IMG/VR virus record: IMGVR_UViG_3300031260_000038
Coordinates: 1-64,000 of that record
Length of the DNA stretch: 64,000 bases
Reading direction: 5' to 3' (one strand)
Source of the DNA: a virus
Taxonomy: Duplodnaviria; Caudoviricetes
Below the pieces are notes generated by a model. The model made no database searches and was not told where the DNA came from. It worked only from the letters and a program-made list of their open reading frames with translations. Made by a program: the position numbers and the translations under genes. Below are positions 37,600 through 48,738 of this stretch, one piece after another (position 1 is the first letter of the stretch; the number at the start of each line of letters is the position of its first letter).

Positions 37600-37615
37600 A
37601 GTTTATTCTCCTTTT

Positions 37616-38137
37616 TTACTCAAAAATCATTTCTATATAATCGCCAAATTCAGGCTCTATATAAAAATTTTCAATTACTTCTATCGGTATTTTGTCAAAA
37701 TCAAAATTAAAATCTACAGATAATAATTCTTCCATTTCTTTGTTGTAATCAGCTACATTATCAATATCATAAATTATAGTATTATTATCAATAGTAGCCA
37801 TAATAAAAGACCTATCTTTTTCTGATAGTTTATTAATGTCTATTGCTTTAATATATAGCCCGCTATCCTTTTTTATAATTTCAATATCAACTCTTGACCT
37901 AATTACTTTAGCTTGAATATCAGAAATAATAACAAATTGATTGTAATTACCAGAATCATCTTTTTTACAATATTCATCTAATATATTTTTTACCTGTTCA
38001 TCAAGAATTGTTATTTCGTCATTTATAATTTTTGATAGCCGCTTTAACTGTATTGCATATTTAACATTCATTTTATATTTTGACAGTAATTCTAATGTTT
38101 TTGCAAACTTTTTTATTTCAAAATATTTAATTTGCAT
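37616..38137 (-). CDS. hypothetical tail-associated protein (DUF1617-like)
   Basis: Helical N-terminus, Y..EMEELL pattern; position after Tal. Confidence 0.45.
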   Translation of the reverse strand: MQIKYFEIKKFAKTLELLSKYKMNVKYAIQLKRLSKIINDEITILDEQVKNILDEYCKKDDSGNYNQFVIISDIQAKVIRSRVDIEIIKKDSGLYIKAIDINKLSEKDRSFIMATIDNNTIIYDIDNVADYNKEMEELLSVDFNFDFDKIPIEVIENFYIEPEFGDYIEMIFE

Positions 38138-38138
38138 A

Positions 38139-40508
38139 TTATTTGTTTTTCTCCTTTAATTCTTTTAATTCATCTCTTAGTTTCTTATAGCCTTGAATAG
38201 CAAGCATCGCAATAGGTAATGGCTGAAGACCGTGATTTATTGTTCCGTCTTCTAATTCTTCCTTAATACCTATATATTTATATGCTTTATGGTCGCTAAT
38301 TTCATCAGCTATAACGCCAAGTTGTATTGCTGATTGTGATATAGTTTTATCTTTTTTGTCTTTATTAACTTTGTAATTATAAGTACATTCTTTAGCCGCT
38401 ATAAGGTCTAATAAATCTATAAAATCTTCTTCATAGACTTCATCATTAGAGACTTTATCATTAGCGGTAGCTGTATTAGTGTTAGCCGCCACTGTTTTTA
38501 TGTTATCAACTATAGCTGTAGCTTCATTAGCGGTAGCTATACTGTTTCTATTAGTTATTGTTTTAATATTAGCTATATCTTTACTTATTACTGGCTTAAT
38601 ATTTTCTTTGTCTTTTAAACCTGATGTTTGTATAGTGCCATTAACAGCATAGACAGCTTGCCAGCGCTTTGAAGATTCTCCAAGACCTATAGCACCGTCA
38701 GTAGAAGGGCGTAAAGTTGTAGCATATACAGATAAAGGTAACTCATTAGCACCAAGATATATATCAGAAGACGTTCCACCAATTACAACTTTATTAGACT
38801 CTGAATGAACAAAATAGGGAGCAACAACGAGATAATTACTTATAACACTTGTACAAGTTACATCACCATTGATTTTCATATTACTATAAAAAATATGCCT
38901 TTGTGTTTGTCCATTAAAGTCAGTGCTATTATTCAAAACGTATTGTCGGTTAATAAAGCCATCAGATTGTCTTATACCAAACCCCAAAAGAGATGCGTTA
39001 TGTGAACACACTATATCCAAGGACCTTTTAGAAGGATCACCTAAAACATTATAAGTGGCAGAAATCGCTCCTGATAATTCATTATTTTCATAAAAGTAAA
39101 TGTTATTACCATAAGTCGTGTTAAATTCCTCCCCATCTTCATAAACCCGTGGTGTATTTAGTTTTCCTAAAACTTCTAAATTTGAGCCGTTCCAAGTTAA
39201 ACAATCATTGCCAAAAGAAAAAGTGCCATCATTAAGATTAAGCCAACTATTATTGTTTTGACTTTTAAGAATCCCTGTAGTAACATAGTCTGCCACAACT
39301 TCTGTAGTTTGTATAACTTGCTCTACAGCCTTAACCCTAATAGTTCCATCATTATTAACAGCATAACTTGATTTATTTAGGTTTTTAAAAAGCATTGGTA
39401 TTTCTTTTTTTCTGTCAACAAAATTAGCTGTCTCTAATACTACTTCATAAGGTTTATCATAACTAATACTATAACCGACAATCATTTGTAAAAAATATTC
39501 ATCAATAACATTATCTGAAAATTCTACACTCTTGCCTAAAAATAAATTATCTGCCGCATTTTCATCAAGATATGTTAAACTAACACTAACTTTTGGCTGA
39601 GATAATTCTTCTAACTTCTTAATAGCACCATTATAAAGAGTAGGAGCATCTACATAATTGCTATCTCTCCAAACATACTCTTTTCTGAATATTGCAGGAT
39701 TAGCTTCTATTTCAGCCATAGTATAACCACGACTTGTATAATAATCATAGTTTTCAATATAGGTATAGCCACCTGTTTCTGTTATTAAATCAATGTCTTC
39801 ACCAGTAACAGGATTAGTGCCGCCAAAAGCATAAAGCCTTGTTGTTAATTCACTTATATCTCTCGCCACTTGTATGTTTTTAGTATTTAATGCCGTAAGT
39901 TGTAGCGGATTAGCAGGATTATATAAATCTTTATTGTATAAATTAACTAAATGGACAGCGCCGCTAAATCCATCTCTGAAACCACTCTCAAAAATAACAT
40001 AGCAATCATATAGCTCCGCTAATTCTGTTATTGTTTGAAACAGCGATTGTTCTTTTGTTTCTATTGTTCTATAAACTTCAGGAGCAATAATAGCCCCTAT
40101 CTGCCAACCATATTTAGGTGTTTCTCCATCATATAAAATTGCTCTTAATCCATCTTCAGGTAAAAGTGGAGCAAGTGTTTCTTCTACTACCATTTTTGAC
40201 TGCAATGTCTTAGAATAGTGCATACACTCTATTGACCAACTATATTTACCATTAGCCGACATCATTTTTGTTTTTTGCACTACTTCATAAAATTCGTGCT
40301 GATAATAAATTAAAACACCATGTTCTACTTCTTTTGAGTTAGGATTTTCAACAGGTAATTCAAAATTTAATTTAAATATTTCATTTATTTTATAACTAAC
40401 TGTTGGGTTTAATGGAGATGTGCCATTTCTGTTGTATAAATCACAAACAGGATTAAACAACAAATCATAAACTTCCATAATTCCATTTTTTTCCATTTTT
40501 ATAACCAC
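38139..40508 (-). CDS. tail spike / Tal (prophage endopeptidase-tail) with C-terminal S74-type chaperone
   Basis: TRLYAFGG, LEELSQPKVS, GIL.S.N...WLNL..G.FSFG, W..VYA.NG.IQTS..K.NIK, LGVIADEI, terminal coiled coil. Confidence 0.8.
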   Translation of the reverse strand: MVIKMEKNGIMEVYDLLFNPVCDLYNRNGTSPLNPTVSYKINEIFKLNFELPVENPNSKEVEHGVLIYYQHEFYEVVQKTKMMSANGKYSWSIECMHYSKTLQSKMVVEETLAPLLPEDGLRAILYDGETPKYGWQIGAIIAPEVYRTIETKEQSLFQTITELAELYDCYVIFESGFRDGFSGAVHLVNLYNKDLYNPANPLQLTALNTKNIQVARDISELTTRLYAFGGTNPVTGEDIDLITETGGYTYIENYDYYTSRGYTMAEIEANPAIFRKEYVWRDSNYVDAPTLYNGAIKKLEELSQPKVSVSLTYLDENAADNLFLGKSVEFSDNVIDEYFLQMIVGYSISYDKPYEVVLETANFVDRKKEIPMLFKNLNKSSYAVNNDGTIRVKAVEQVIQTTEVVADYVTTGILKSQNNNSWLNLNDGTFSFGNDCLTWNGSNLEVLGKLNTPRVYEDGEEFNTTYGNNIYFYENNELSGAISATYNVLGDPSKRSLDIVCSHNASLLGFGIRQSDGFINRQYVLNNSTDFNGQTQRHIFYSNMKINGDVTCTSVISNYLVVAPYFVHSESNKVVIGGTSSDIYLGANELPLSVYATTLRPSTDGAIGLGESSKRWQAVYAVNGTIQTSGLKDKENIKPVISKDIANIKTITNRNSIATANEATAIVDNIKTVAANTNTATANDKVSNDEVYEEDFIDLLDLIAAKECTYNYKVNKDKKDKTISQSAIQLGVIADEISDHKAYKYIGIKEELEDGTINHGLQPLPIAMLAIQGYKKLRDELKELKEKNK

Positions 40509-41290
40509 CTGTATCTGGGCTTAATATAATAATCAATAGCCGCTGTATCTGCAAATGTTACAGTAATTGTAAATCTACCCGCAGGGAAAACAGGCCACCA
40601 ACTTTCTTCAATAGTTGAGCTGTAATATCCATATAAATTATAATCAATATCATAATCCTTTATATAAGAATTTAAAGAATCAATTTCTATATTAGTAGCT
40701 GATTCAGACAAGCTCCAACTAACACTATCACCATATTCACTAGATTTAATAGAAACTGCTGTACCAAGAGTTATTCCAGATAATCTAATTAGTGGGTAAC
40801 TTTCTATTGTGCTATTACTATAAATATCTAATGTTAAAGTGTCTATTCCTGCCGCTTTAGTTCCTTCTAATATAGTTTCTTCTATTTCATAAAAATATGG
40901 GTCATGTGCTATAAATCTTAATTCCGTAGCATATGAATTAACTCCAAGTCTGTTTAAATCTACAGCGCCGCTATCAAGCCTACATTTTAATTTTTTATTG
41001 TCATCTTTAAAATAAAAATCTTGTTCTGTCTTTGTGTTTAGCCAAGCAGATATATCATATTTAGAAAATTTATCAAGGTCTGTAAAAACAACAGGAACAG
41101 AAAAGATACGTGGAGAAAGGTATGTGTCAAATACCCTTGCTCCATCATATCTAATTGGTCTATCTGTTATATATTCTCTTGAAGGCATTAAGTTCATATT
41201 TGTATATCCACTAAGCCCCGCCACCATTCCACCAAAACTAGAAAGGTAACGACCATTAAAATAAAAATCTGTTATGTCAACGTATTTCAC
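40499..41290 (-). CDS. distal tail protein (Dit)
   Basis: DFYFNG..LS.FGG, F.A.DPYFY; directly after the tape measure. Confidence 0.75.
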   Translation of the reverse strand: MKYVDITDFYFNGRYLSSFGGMVAGLSGYTNMNLMPSREYITDRPIRYDGARVFDTYLSPRIFSVPVVFTDLDKFSKYDISAWLNTKTEQDFYFKDDNKKLKCRLDSGAVDLNRLGVNSYATELRFIAHDPYFYEIEETILEGTKAAGIDTLTLDIYSNSTIESYPLIRLSGITLGTAVSIKSSEYGDSVSWSLSESATNIEIDSLNSYIKDYDIDYNLYGYYSSTIEESWWPVFPAGRFTITVTFADTAAIDYYIKPRYRWL

Positions 41291-41311
41291 TTATTCTATC
41301 GCCCCTTCCTA

Positions 41312-44300
41312 TTATCTAAACCCTTGACTTGCAAGAGTGTTTCTTATTTGTGAAACAAGTATATTGTTATTTCTATCAACATCATAAGGCGTATTGTTGT
41401 TTATATTATTGATAATTTTTACTAACTCACTATTAAAAGAATTTCCACCATTTTCTACACGCTCAAACTGAGCAATAAGTTTAGGAAAATACTTATAAAT
41501 CATATCATCAAAAGTTTTTGTTTGATGTTCTGTTAGTATTCTCTCTTTGTCATGAACCATTGCTAATCCTTCTCCCTTTGTCATTGAGCCACCAGATAAT
41601 ACAGGAACACCACCACTCTTAAATGTAACTAACTTAGGCCATGTTTGAGGGCCTACTTTACCATCAATGCCAAGACCATATTTAGATTGAAAGGCTCTAA
41701 CAGCCGCTTCAGTAGCAGGACCATATTTTCCATCAATACCAGCTGAGCCAACACTGTAACCTTTTGCTACAAGATTTCTCTGTATTCTTTTTACCGTTTC
41801 ACCCGCTGAACCACGAACAAATACTGTGTTTGGATATGGTATTGCACTTGTTGTTGGTTTAGGGGCGGGAGCAGGAGTGGGCTTAGGAGCAGAAGCAACA
41901 ATAGAAGGAGAAGAAGGTTTATAGCTTATATTTGGAACTGAAACACCAGATTTAACAGTCTTAATGCTATCTAAAGCTTTATTAACTTCTGCTGTTATTT
42001 CTTTAGCCATGCTTCCACCAAGAAGTTGTCCTATCCCGCTAAATGTTGGTTCGTATTGTTTCAATAAATTTACAATAGCGTTCATATTATTTGATAATAA
42101 TAGCTTATTGGCTTCATTATAAAGATTAGCTTCACTTAAAAGTTTTTCATAATATTCTTCAGCTTTAGCTATTTTTTCATCATATGTTTGATTACTTGCT
42201 TCAGCAGATTCTTTAACCTTTGCTATTTCTTTATCAATCGCCGCTATCTGAAGGTTTTTTCTAAGCTTATTAACTTCTGCTTGTAATTCAGCTGTTCTCT
42301 TTTTACCTAAAACAGAATCATCTAGCCTTGACATTTCAAGCTTTTTCTCAAGAGTTTTAAGATTAGCTTGGTCTTGCTGTTCTGTACTTTGTAGTGCCGC
42401 TTTTTCAGCTTCAAGTTGTGCTATTCTTTCATCAAAAGCCTTTTGTCTTGCTGTTCGCTGTGCTTCAATAGCTTTAATTGCCGCTGACTTTTCTTCTTCA
42501 TATTTTGCCCTAATAGAAGAAACAAGTTTAGCTTGCATAGATTCAACAGCACTAACAGCATCATCATAAGCTTTTTGTACTTCTGCACTATAATCTTTTT
42601 GCATCGAAAGTAAATTTTCATAATGTGAAACTGTTAATTTTTCAACATCTGTCCATGTATTTTCTGCTTTAGATTTAATAGCATTATAAGTACCCTTAAT
42701 AGAATTAATTTCTTTATTAATTCTGGCTAAAGCCACTTTAGCTGAAATAGCACCTTGTTCATAAGCATTACTAATAGCTATTCTAATAAGCTCAAATCTG
42801 GCTTCAGTATTGTCTAATAACCTTTTTTGCGCTTCATCTTGCGCTCTTTCGGCTTCTGATGCTGAAGATGAAGCTGAACTACTTGTGTCTTTAGCTATTT
42901 TTTCAAAATTAGGAGAAGTTGTTCCATATGTTTTTGTAGAGCCAAGTTGTGCTTGTAATCCTGTTATTTTAGCTATATCTGCATTGTAGCTTCTTACATT
43001 AGATTCAAGATTTCTCTTTGCTATAGTAGCTTCTCTTACCGCTGTTTTACGGCTACCTGTTCTTGACAAAGTGCTTGCATAAGTTTCAGAATATATTATT
43101 GAACTAGCGGCAAATGATTCAGCATTTGAAAGAGCTTGCATAGCTTCTATTTGTTTTTTGTATGCATTTAAAGCGCCATTAGATGTATCTATTATTGCTT
43201 TCAACCTATCAGAAGAAGCTGTTGCTGTAGTTTTAGCAAGATTCAATTCTTTATTTATTAAAACATCTATCGCACTTGCATTAATGTTTAAAGTATTAGT
43301 GTTGGCATCGTAATATTGCAATAATTGTGGGTACTTATTCAAAAGCTCAGATATTTGCTTAGAATTTAGTTGTTGATTATTCGCAACTGTATAATAAGCA
43401 TCTGCAAGCATTAAAGAATTAGACGAAGCATTATCAAATGTTTCTGATATTTTCCTTGCTTCTTCTTCAGCCGCCGCTAAATCTTCTGTTAAATCTTCTG
43501 TTGCAGATGATGCATGAGCTGTAGCTCTATTTAACCCTTCCATTCTATTTTCCATAGCAGAAACCCTACGAATTTCAGCTTCTGAAATAGGTTCTGTAAT
43601 ACCAGAAAGAGCCTTTAATCTTATATTTTCTTCTATAATTTTATTATGTTTTTCTATTTCTTCAGATAAAAGTTTTTGAGCACTTTCTAAATCTTTAAGT
43701 TCTTTTTTAGAAAGATGATTAGTTTCAAGATTTTTTTCTAATTCTTTATTTATATCTTCTAAAATTAGCTTAAAATCGTTGCCCCTGTCTCTTGCTTCTG
43801 GTGTATTAATCCCATAAAGAATATTAGATGCTCTTGCCGCTTTTTTTACTATGTCATTAGAAAAAGTTTTTACAGGTCCTAAATAATTTTCATAATCACT
43901 AAAACTACTAAAAAATGCTTCTGCCATTTGAACAGCTGTTTGATTAGTTAAAACTAATTGCCCCGCTTGTTCTATACTCAATGTTCTTAAAGCTTCTATA
44001 TTATCTTCTATGGCACTTGTATTGTTTATAAAAGCACCTGTAGTAGTATCAATAAATAAAGGCAATTTTTCTTGTTCTGTTCTAACAGCGTTTATAGCAT
44101 CTGCTGATTCTTCATATTTTGTTTTTAATAAATTAGCAACTTCTATAAGTCTGTTGTCTTCATCAATAGTTCTTCCTTTGGTTTTAGATAATTTATCATA
44201 TTCATTTATTAAAGAATTTATTTCAACCTGAGAATCCCTAAAAGTATTTGCAGATTCTATAGCAGTTTCAGCCAATCTTTCAAGTTCGGCATTGCCTTCT

Positions 44301-46396
44301 TTGGATTTTTGTATAAATTGTGTTATAGCAAAAACCAATACTGTAGCTATTATTCCTGCTAAACTAGAAAATCCTGCCCCTGTATTAGCCGCCGCCGCTT
44401 TACCATTTTTTAAACTTTCAATAAGACCATTATGATTTTTCATTCCTTTTGCGGTTGCAGATGCGAAAGCTCCTACAGATTTTATAACTTCTTTTAGTGG
44501 CGTAATTAAAGCAACAAACCCCTTATGTATCAAAGATGTCTTATTAGATAATGCCGCTAAAGTTAATGTCAAGGCAACGTTAGCTAAACCTAATTTATTA
44601 ATAAAGTCAATAAAACCTGTACCAAAACTAATAAAAGACTTCATAGCATCTGTTTCAATAGTGTCTTGCCACATTTTTGTAACAGCATTATTAAACTCAT
44701 TAACTTTTGCTGTAATTGACTCTGTATAAATAGCGTTTTCTTCTAGTGCTGAACCTGTAGAATTAACTGCTTCTCCAAGCTGTTTTTCTACCATTGTCCA
44801 GTTATCCATTAATCCCAAGAAAACGTCCATTTGTCTTTTATTAGCAAGGTCTGTAGCTAATTGTTGTTTTTGTATAGAGTCTAATGTTCCCCATTTCCCT
44901 GCAAGCTCAGTAAGAACGTCCATAGTATCTCTTAGCTCGCCATTCATGGTAATACTAATGCCCGCTATGTTTTTAAGAGCCAGTCCTGCTTTAGCAAAAG
45001 AATCTTCATCAACTTCTGCTTCTGCATCTTTTATCTGTCTAATATTAGCAACAATAGTTCTAACAGCTCTACCAATTTCAGAACCTTCGCGCTGAGTTGC
45101 CGCTGTCGCTGTACCAATAATAGCAATAAATTGGTCAATAGAAAATCCTGCTGTATCAGCAACATTAGCCGACATTTTAATAGCATCTGACATTTTACCA
45201 ATAGTAGTTGCATTATTATTAGATACATTATTCATTGCATCTATAGTATGTGCAAGCTTTTCATAATTACCGTTTAGCTTAAATCCTGCATTAGCCGCAA
45301 TAAGCGTCTCATTAGCTGTGTCAGCAGTAACATCACCAACGTTTTGTAATAACAAGGATAACTCTGTTAATCCTGTTAATTGAGTATCTCTAAATCCTGC
45401 CTTTGCAAACATTTCATAAGCAGATAAATAATCCTGAACAGTCCTACCAAAAGCAGAAACTTCTTCTGAAGCTCGTCTAGCAAGTGCTGTAGCTGAATCA
45501 GCTGTCATATCAGTAACTTTTCTGATATTTACAAGAGCATCATCAATTTCTCTAAGAACTTCTAACCCTTGTTTAAACTCTTGCCATACCTTATAAACAA
45601 TAAATCTGGTAGAAATAAATTGAGATAAAACTTTAACAAAATCACTAGCAGAACTTTTACTTCTATTAAATTCTGTTGTAAGCCGCTTCATCGCCGCTTC
45701 ATTTTCCTGTGTTACAGCAACTGCCCTACGCTGTTCATCTGTTAAATCAGAAAAATGCTTGCCACTACCAATAACATTCATAGCCGCAGTATAGTCTTGA
45801 GAATATTCAGCATTAATTCTTTTCAGATTTTCAATAGCATTTTCATAGGACATTGTTTTGTTTCTGTATTGTTCTTCTATACTTTTTGCAACTTTACTAG
45901 CAGATGTTTTTTCGTTAGCCATAAGCTTGTTATTATATTGAGTGCTCATAGTAAGCAATCTCTTATAATAATTTTCCCAAGCTAAATAATTTTTATCTGT
46001 AGGTTGACCACCCTGCTCTATAATACGGTACATTTCCTTTTGTGCCGCCAAAGCTTCACGCTGAGCTTTATTAATGGCTTTAGTTATGTTTTCTTGGTCT
46101 CCAAAAGCAAATTGTATTCTTATAGCGTTCTCTCTTGACTTTATTATATTATTAAGGCTTTTAACTTTTTTTACTACATCTTTTTCGATATTTTTATCAT
46201 CAATATTTATTTTTATAGTGGCGGGCTTTTTAGCTAATCCGCTATCCACCTTAGCTACTATTTCATTTATATCTTTATTAAGAGTAGTTTTACTAATAGT
46301 AGGCTTAATAGTAACATTTTTTAATTTTTCTGATAATTGTTCTTTTATCTTATTAACATCAATAATAGCATCTACTAAAATTTGGAAATCGCTCAA
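41312..46396 (-). CDS. tape measure protein with C-terminal peptidoglycan-binding domain
   Basis: 1694 aa, helical, EIDDALVNIRKV/N.V.NN.AT TMP core, C-terminal GIDGKYGPATE. Confidence 0.92.
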   Translation of the reverse strand: MSDFQILVDAIIDVNKIKEQLSEKLKNVTIKPTISKTTLNKDINEIVAKVDSGLAKKPATIKINIDDKNIEKDVVKKVKSLNNIIKSRENAIRIQFAFGDQENITKAINKAQREALAAQKEMYRIIEQGGQPTDKNYLAWENYYKRLLTMSTQYNNKLMANEKTSASKVAKSIEEQYRNKTMSYENAIENLKRINAEYSQDYTAAMNVIGSGKHFSDLTDEQRRAVAVTQENEAAMKRLTTEFNRSKSSASDFVKVLSQFISTRFIVYKVWQEFKQGLEVLREIDDALVNIRKVTDMTADSATALARRASEEVSAFGRTVQDYLSAYEMFAKAGFRDTQLTGLTELSLLLQNVGDVTADTANETLIAANAGFKLNGNYEKLAHTIDAMNNVSNNNATTIGKMSDAIKMSANVADTAGFSIDQFIAIIGTATAATQREGSEIGRAVRTIVANIRQIKDAEAEVDEDSFAKAGLALKNIAGISITMNGELRDTMDVLTELAGKWGTLDSIQKQQLATDLANKRQMDVFLGLMDNWTMVEKQLGEAVNSTGSALEENAIYTESITAKVNEFNNAVTKMWQDTIETDAMKSFISFGTGFIDFINKLGLANVALTLTLAALSNKTSLIHKGFVALITPLKEVIKSVGAFASATAKGMKNHNGLIESLKNGKAAAANTGAGFSSLAGIIATVLVFAITQFIQKSKEGNAELERLAETAIESANTFRDSQVEINSLINEYDKLSKTKGRTIDEDNRLIEVANLLKTKYEESADAINAVRTEQEKLPLFIDTTTGAFINNTSAIEDNIEALRTLSIEQAGQLVLTNQTAVQMAEAFFSSFSDYENYLGPVKTFSNDIVKKAARASNILYGINTPEARDRGNDFKLILEDINKELEKNLETNHLSKKELKDLESAQKLLSEEIEKHNKIIEENIRLKALSGITEPISEAEIRRVSAMENRMEGLNRATAHASSATEDLTEDLAAAEEEARKISETFDNASSNSLMLADAYYTVANNQQLNSKQISELLNKYPQLLQYYDANTNTLNINASAIDVLINKELNLAKTTATASSDRLKAIIDTSNGALNAYKKQIEAMQALSNAESFAASSIIYSETYASTLSRTGSRKTAVREATIAKRNLESNVRSYNADIAKITGLQAQLGSTKTYGTTSPNFEKIAKDTSSSASSSASEAERAQDEAQKRLLDNTEARFELIRIAISNAYEQGAISAKVALARINKEINSIKGTYNAIKSKAENTWTDVEKLTVSHYENLLSMQKDYSAEVQKAYDDAVSAVESMQAKLVSSIRAKYEEEKSAAIKAIEAQRTARQKAFDERIAQLEAEKAALQSTEQQDQANLKTLEKKLEMSRLDDSVLGKKRTAELQAEVNKLRKNLQIAAIDKEIAKVKESAEASNQTYDEKIAKAEEYYEKLLSEANLYNEANKLLLSNNMNAIVNLLKQYEPTFSGIGQLLGGSMAKEITAEVNKALDSIKTVKSGVSVPNISYKPSSPSIVASAPKPTPAPAPKPTTSAIPYPNTVFVRGSAGETVKRIQRNLVAKGYSVGSAGIDGKYGPATEAAVRAFQSKYGLGIDGKVGPQTWPKLVTFKSGGVPVLSGGSMTKGEGLAMVHDKERILTEHQTKTFDDMIYKYFPKLIAQFERVENGGNSFNSELVKIINNINNNTPYDVDRNNNILVSQIRNTLASQGFR

Positions 46397-46418
46397 TTAT
46401 TTCACCACCTTTCTTTAA

Positions 46419-46946
46419 TTATTTTATTTTAATTCCAAAATTTCTGTATTCTTTTTTTATAAAATCTATAACTTTTTTAGATAAAGCCCCGCCATCAACA
46501 CCACCAGAAGATATTTCTTCTAATGTTTTTTCAAAATAACCAACGCCATCATAAGCATAAACACTTGAATTATTTCCTTTTTCAAGCCATTCTATCACAA
46601 GCATTGGTATAGGGTCTCCATTCCAAGTGTCAGACAAATCTAATGACATATGCTGATTCCAACTAGAACCAAACACTTCATTAGCTGTTATTTTATTTTG
46701 CCAATCAAAATAAATACGAACAGATGTTTGGTTTCCAAACACTCCTGTTAGCTCATTGCTAATAGAGTCTAATATCTGATTCGTTCTTTCGTAATATCTT
46801 GGCTCATTAGCCTTGTACCACAATGTATCTAAATTTTTTCTAAGTAATTCGGCTATATAATTAGATGTATTAAGCATAACTTCAGCAGTTATACTATTAA
46901 GTTTTTCTTGTAATCCTGCATATGTAGTTATGCGTGTTTTAGCCAT
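46419..46946 (-). CDS. tail-associated protein (HK97 gp10-like position)
   Basis: YYERT.Q...S pattern; precedes the TMP. Confidence 0.45.
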   Translation of the reverse strand: MAKTRITTYAGLQEKLNSITAEVMLNTSNYIAELLRKNLDTLWYKANEPRYYERTNQILDSISNELTGVFGNQTSVRIYFDWQNKITANEVFGSSWNQHMSLDLSDTWNGDPIPMLVIEWLEKGNNSSVYAYDGVGYFEKTLEEISSGGVDGGALSKKVIDFIKKEYRNFGIKIK

Positions 46947-46960
46947 CTATACCACCTTCA

Positions 46961-47542
46961 TCATTCTTCTTGTTTGCCATCTAACACTTTGTTGAAATTC
47001 TTAATAACACCATTAATGCCACTAAGTTTCTTCGTACTAAACCCTTCAAACGTTTCTTTTGTCTTATCTATTACTTGATTCATTTCCTGAATATCTGGAA
47101 CTTGTGTCTTCATATTCTCAAAAAAGTCAAGAATAATATTTATAACGCTATTGTTTTTTTCAATTAAAGAATTGACTTCTTTTTGAAATATTTCTTTCAA
47201 TAAAACAATATCGTCTATAATAAACTCTATATTATAAAGTACCTTTCCTGATGGTGTTTCTTTAAATTCTGATACCATATCATAAACATCAAACAGTTGT
47301 GATACATCTTCATCAAATTCTATGTTTGTATAATTTGAAACAATAAAATAAAAAGAAATAATATCATAAAACATATTATTAATTGAGCTAAATCCTTTTT
47401 CATCTACTTCTACTACTGCATTAGCAAAACTCTGAGCTATTTCATATTTCTCTATAATAGGAATATAGCTACGCTCAACACAATTTTCTATAAACATTTC
47501 TTCGTTCATTTCCTGCTGTTTCATAAATTCTTCAAATTTCAT
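46961..47542 (-). CDS. hypothetical acidic protein (possible tail assembly chaperone)
   Basis: Position upstream of the TMP. Confidence 0.4.
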   Translation of the reverse strand: MKFEEFMKQQEMNEEMFIENCVERSYIPIIEKYEIAQSFANAVVEVDEKGFSSINNMFYDIISFYFIVSNYTNIEFDEDVSQLFDVYDMVSEFKETPSGKVLYNIEFIIDDIVLLKEIFQKEVNSLIEKNNSVINIILDFFENMKTQVPDIQEMNQVIDKTKETFEGFSTKKLSGINGVIKNFNKVLDGKQEE

Positions 47543-47588
47543 TTTTTAAATCTCCTTTTATTCTTTTAATTAAATAGAGATGACAGAA

Positions 47589-48029
47589 TCAACTGCCATC
47601 TCTCTTATCTATTGTTTCCCTACGTATCAGATATTGCTGTATTGTATTGTAACTTTTTGTAACTTCTCCATTAGCCCCATTTTGTTTAAGACCATCAAGA
47701 CAAGCGAATAAACCTTCTATAATATATTTATCAGCTTCTATAAGTCTTTCAAGATAAAAAACACTATTATCATTAGCAACTTTAACCTTGTCAACCTTTT
47801 CTGAAACTCCTTCTATTTTAGTATTAAGTTTTTCTATTTCACATTTGTCAGCCTTTTCATTTATCTGACTATTCATATATTCACAATTTGTCACACTTAC
47901 CACTTCTTCTCTTATTTTTGGTTTTAAAAACCATTTCCAGAAAAAAGTAAGTATTGTTGCTAATCCTACTAACGTTCCTACTATTGTACCAACTACTTTT
48001 TCTACATCTGTCAAAAATTCCATTAACAA
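47589..48029 (-). CDS. membrane protein (holin-like)
   Basis: Single N-terminal TM segment, coiled coil, LDGLKQ.GANG.V. Confidence 0.5.
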   Translation of the reverse strand: MLMEFLTDVEKVVGTIVGTLVGLATILTFFWKWFLKPKIREEVVSVTNCEYMNSQINEKADKCEIEKLNTKIEGVSEKVDKVKVANDNSVFYLERLIEADKYIIEGLFACLDGLKQNGANGEVTKSYNTIQQYLIRRETIDKRDGS

Positions 48030-48037
48030 ACCACCTG

Positions 48038-48568
48038 TTATCTTTCGGTATGTTTGTCTGCCGCATAAGCCATCATTATAGCATCAGCTTCATCTTGTGT
48101 TACCTTTACTCCAAACAACTCATTTGATAGTCTTTGTGCATAAGCCTTTTCAAAAGCACGATTTACTTTTCTTTTTTTACCAGAAGCATCTTCTTGATGT
48201 GTAGGTATTCCTGCATCTTTTTTCCAGTTAGGTATTCTATAAACGACGTAATTTATTTCCTTTTCATAACAAGCGGCTGATATAACACCTAAAAGCGCCG
48301 CAAGTTTTGTATGAGTATCATGGTTATTATTGTTTTGAATACCTTCTATAACAACAAGGTCTGGTCTTATTTCTTCTATTTTGTTTAAAATAAAATTTTT
48401 AATTTGAGCACAACGCCTAGACCAGTGCATTATATCATAATTATATCGTTTATTGTCTCCTGTATATTTAGTGCCTTTAAAAGTAATCCTGCCATAATCA
48501 ATTAATTTCCCATCTTCTACTACAGCCCAACCTGTTTCTGTAGCTTGGTCAAAAGCTAATACTTTCAT
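48038..48568 (-). CDS. RuvC-like Holliday junction resolvase
   Basis: LAFDQATETGW, VVIEG, W...G, DEADAI. Confidence 0.85.
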   Translation of the reverse strand: MKVLAFDQATETGWAVVEDGKLIDYGRITFKGTKYTGDNKRYNYDIMHWSRRCAQIKNFILNKIEEIRPDLVVIEGIQNNNNHDTHTKLAALLGVISAACYEKEINYVVYRIPNWKKDAGIPTHQEDASGKKRKVNRAFEKAYAQRLSNELFGVKVTQDEADAIMMAYAADKHTER

Positions 48569-48738
48569 TTGTCGCTCTCTCCTTCTACTTTATCATAAGG
48601 AAAGACTTTTAAAACAAATGTTTTTCCACAAAGACAACAAATAGCATTATGTTTTTTAGGTTCTTCCATAGTTAAATTTAACTTGTCTATCACAAGAGCA
48701 GACGAACCATCTTCGTTTATATGTTTACAGCCTTCCAT
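48565..48738 (-). CDS. small Cys/His protein
   Basis: RBS AGGAG before MEGCKH...CCLCGK; start revised from the ORF track. Confidence 0.5.
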   Translation of the reverse strand: MEGCKHINEDGSSALVIDKLNLTMEEPKKHNAICCLCGKTFVLKVFPYDKVEGESDK

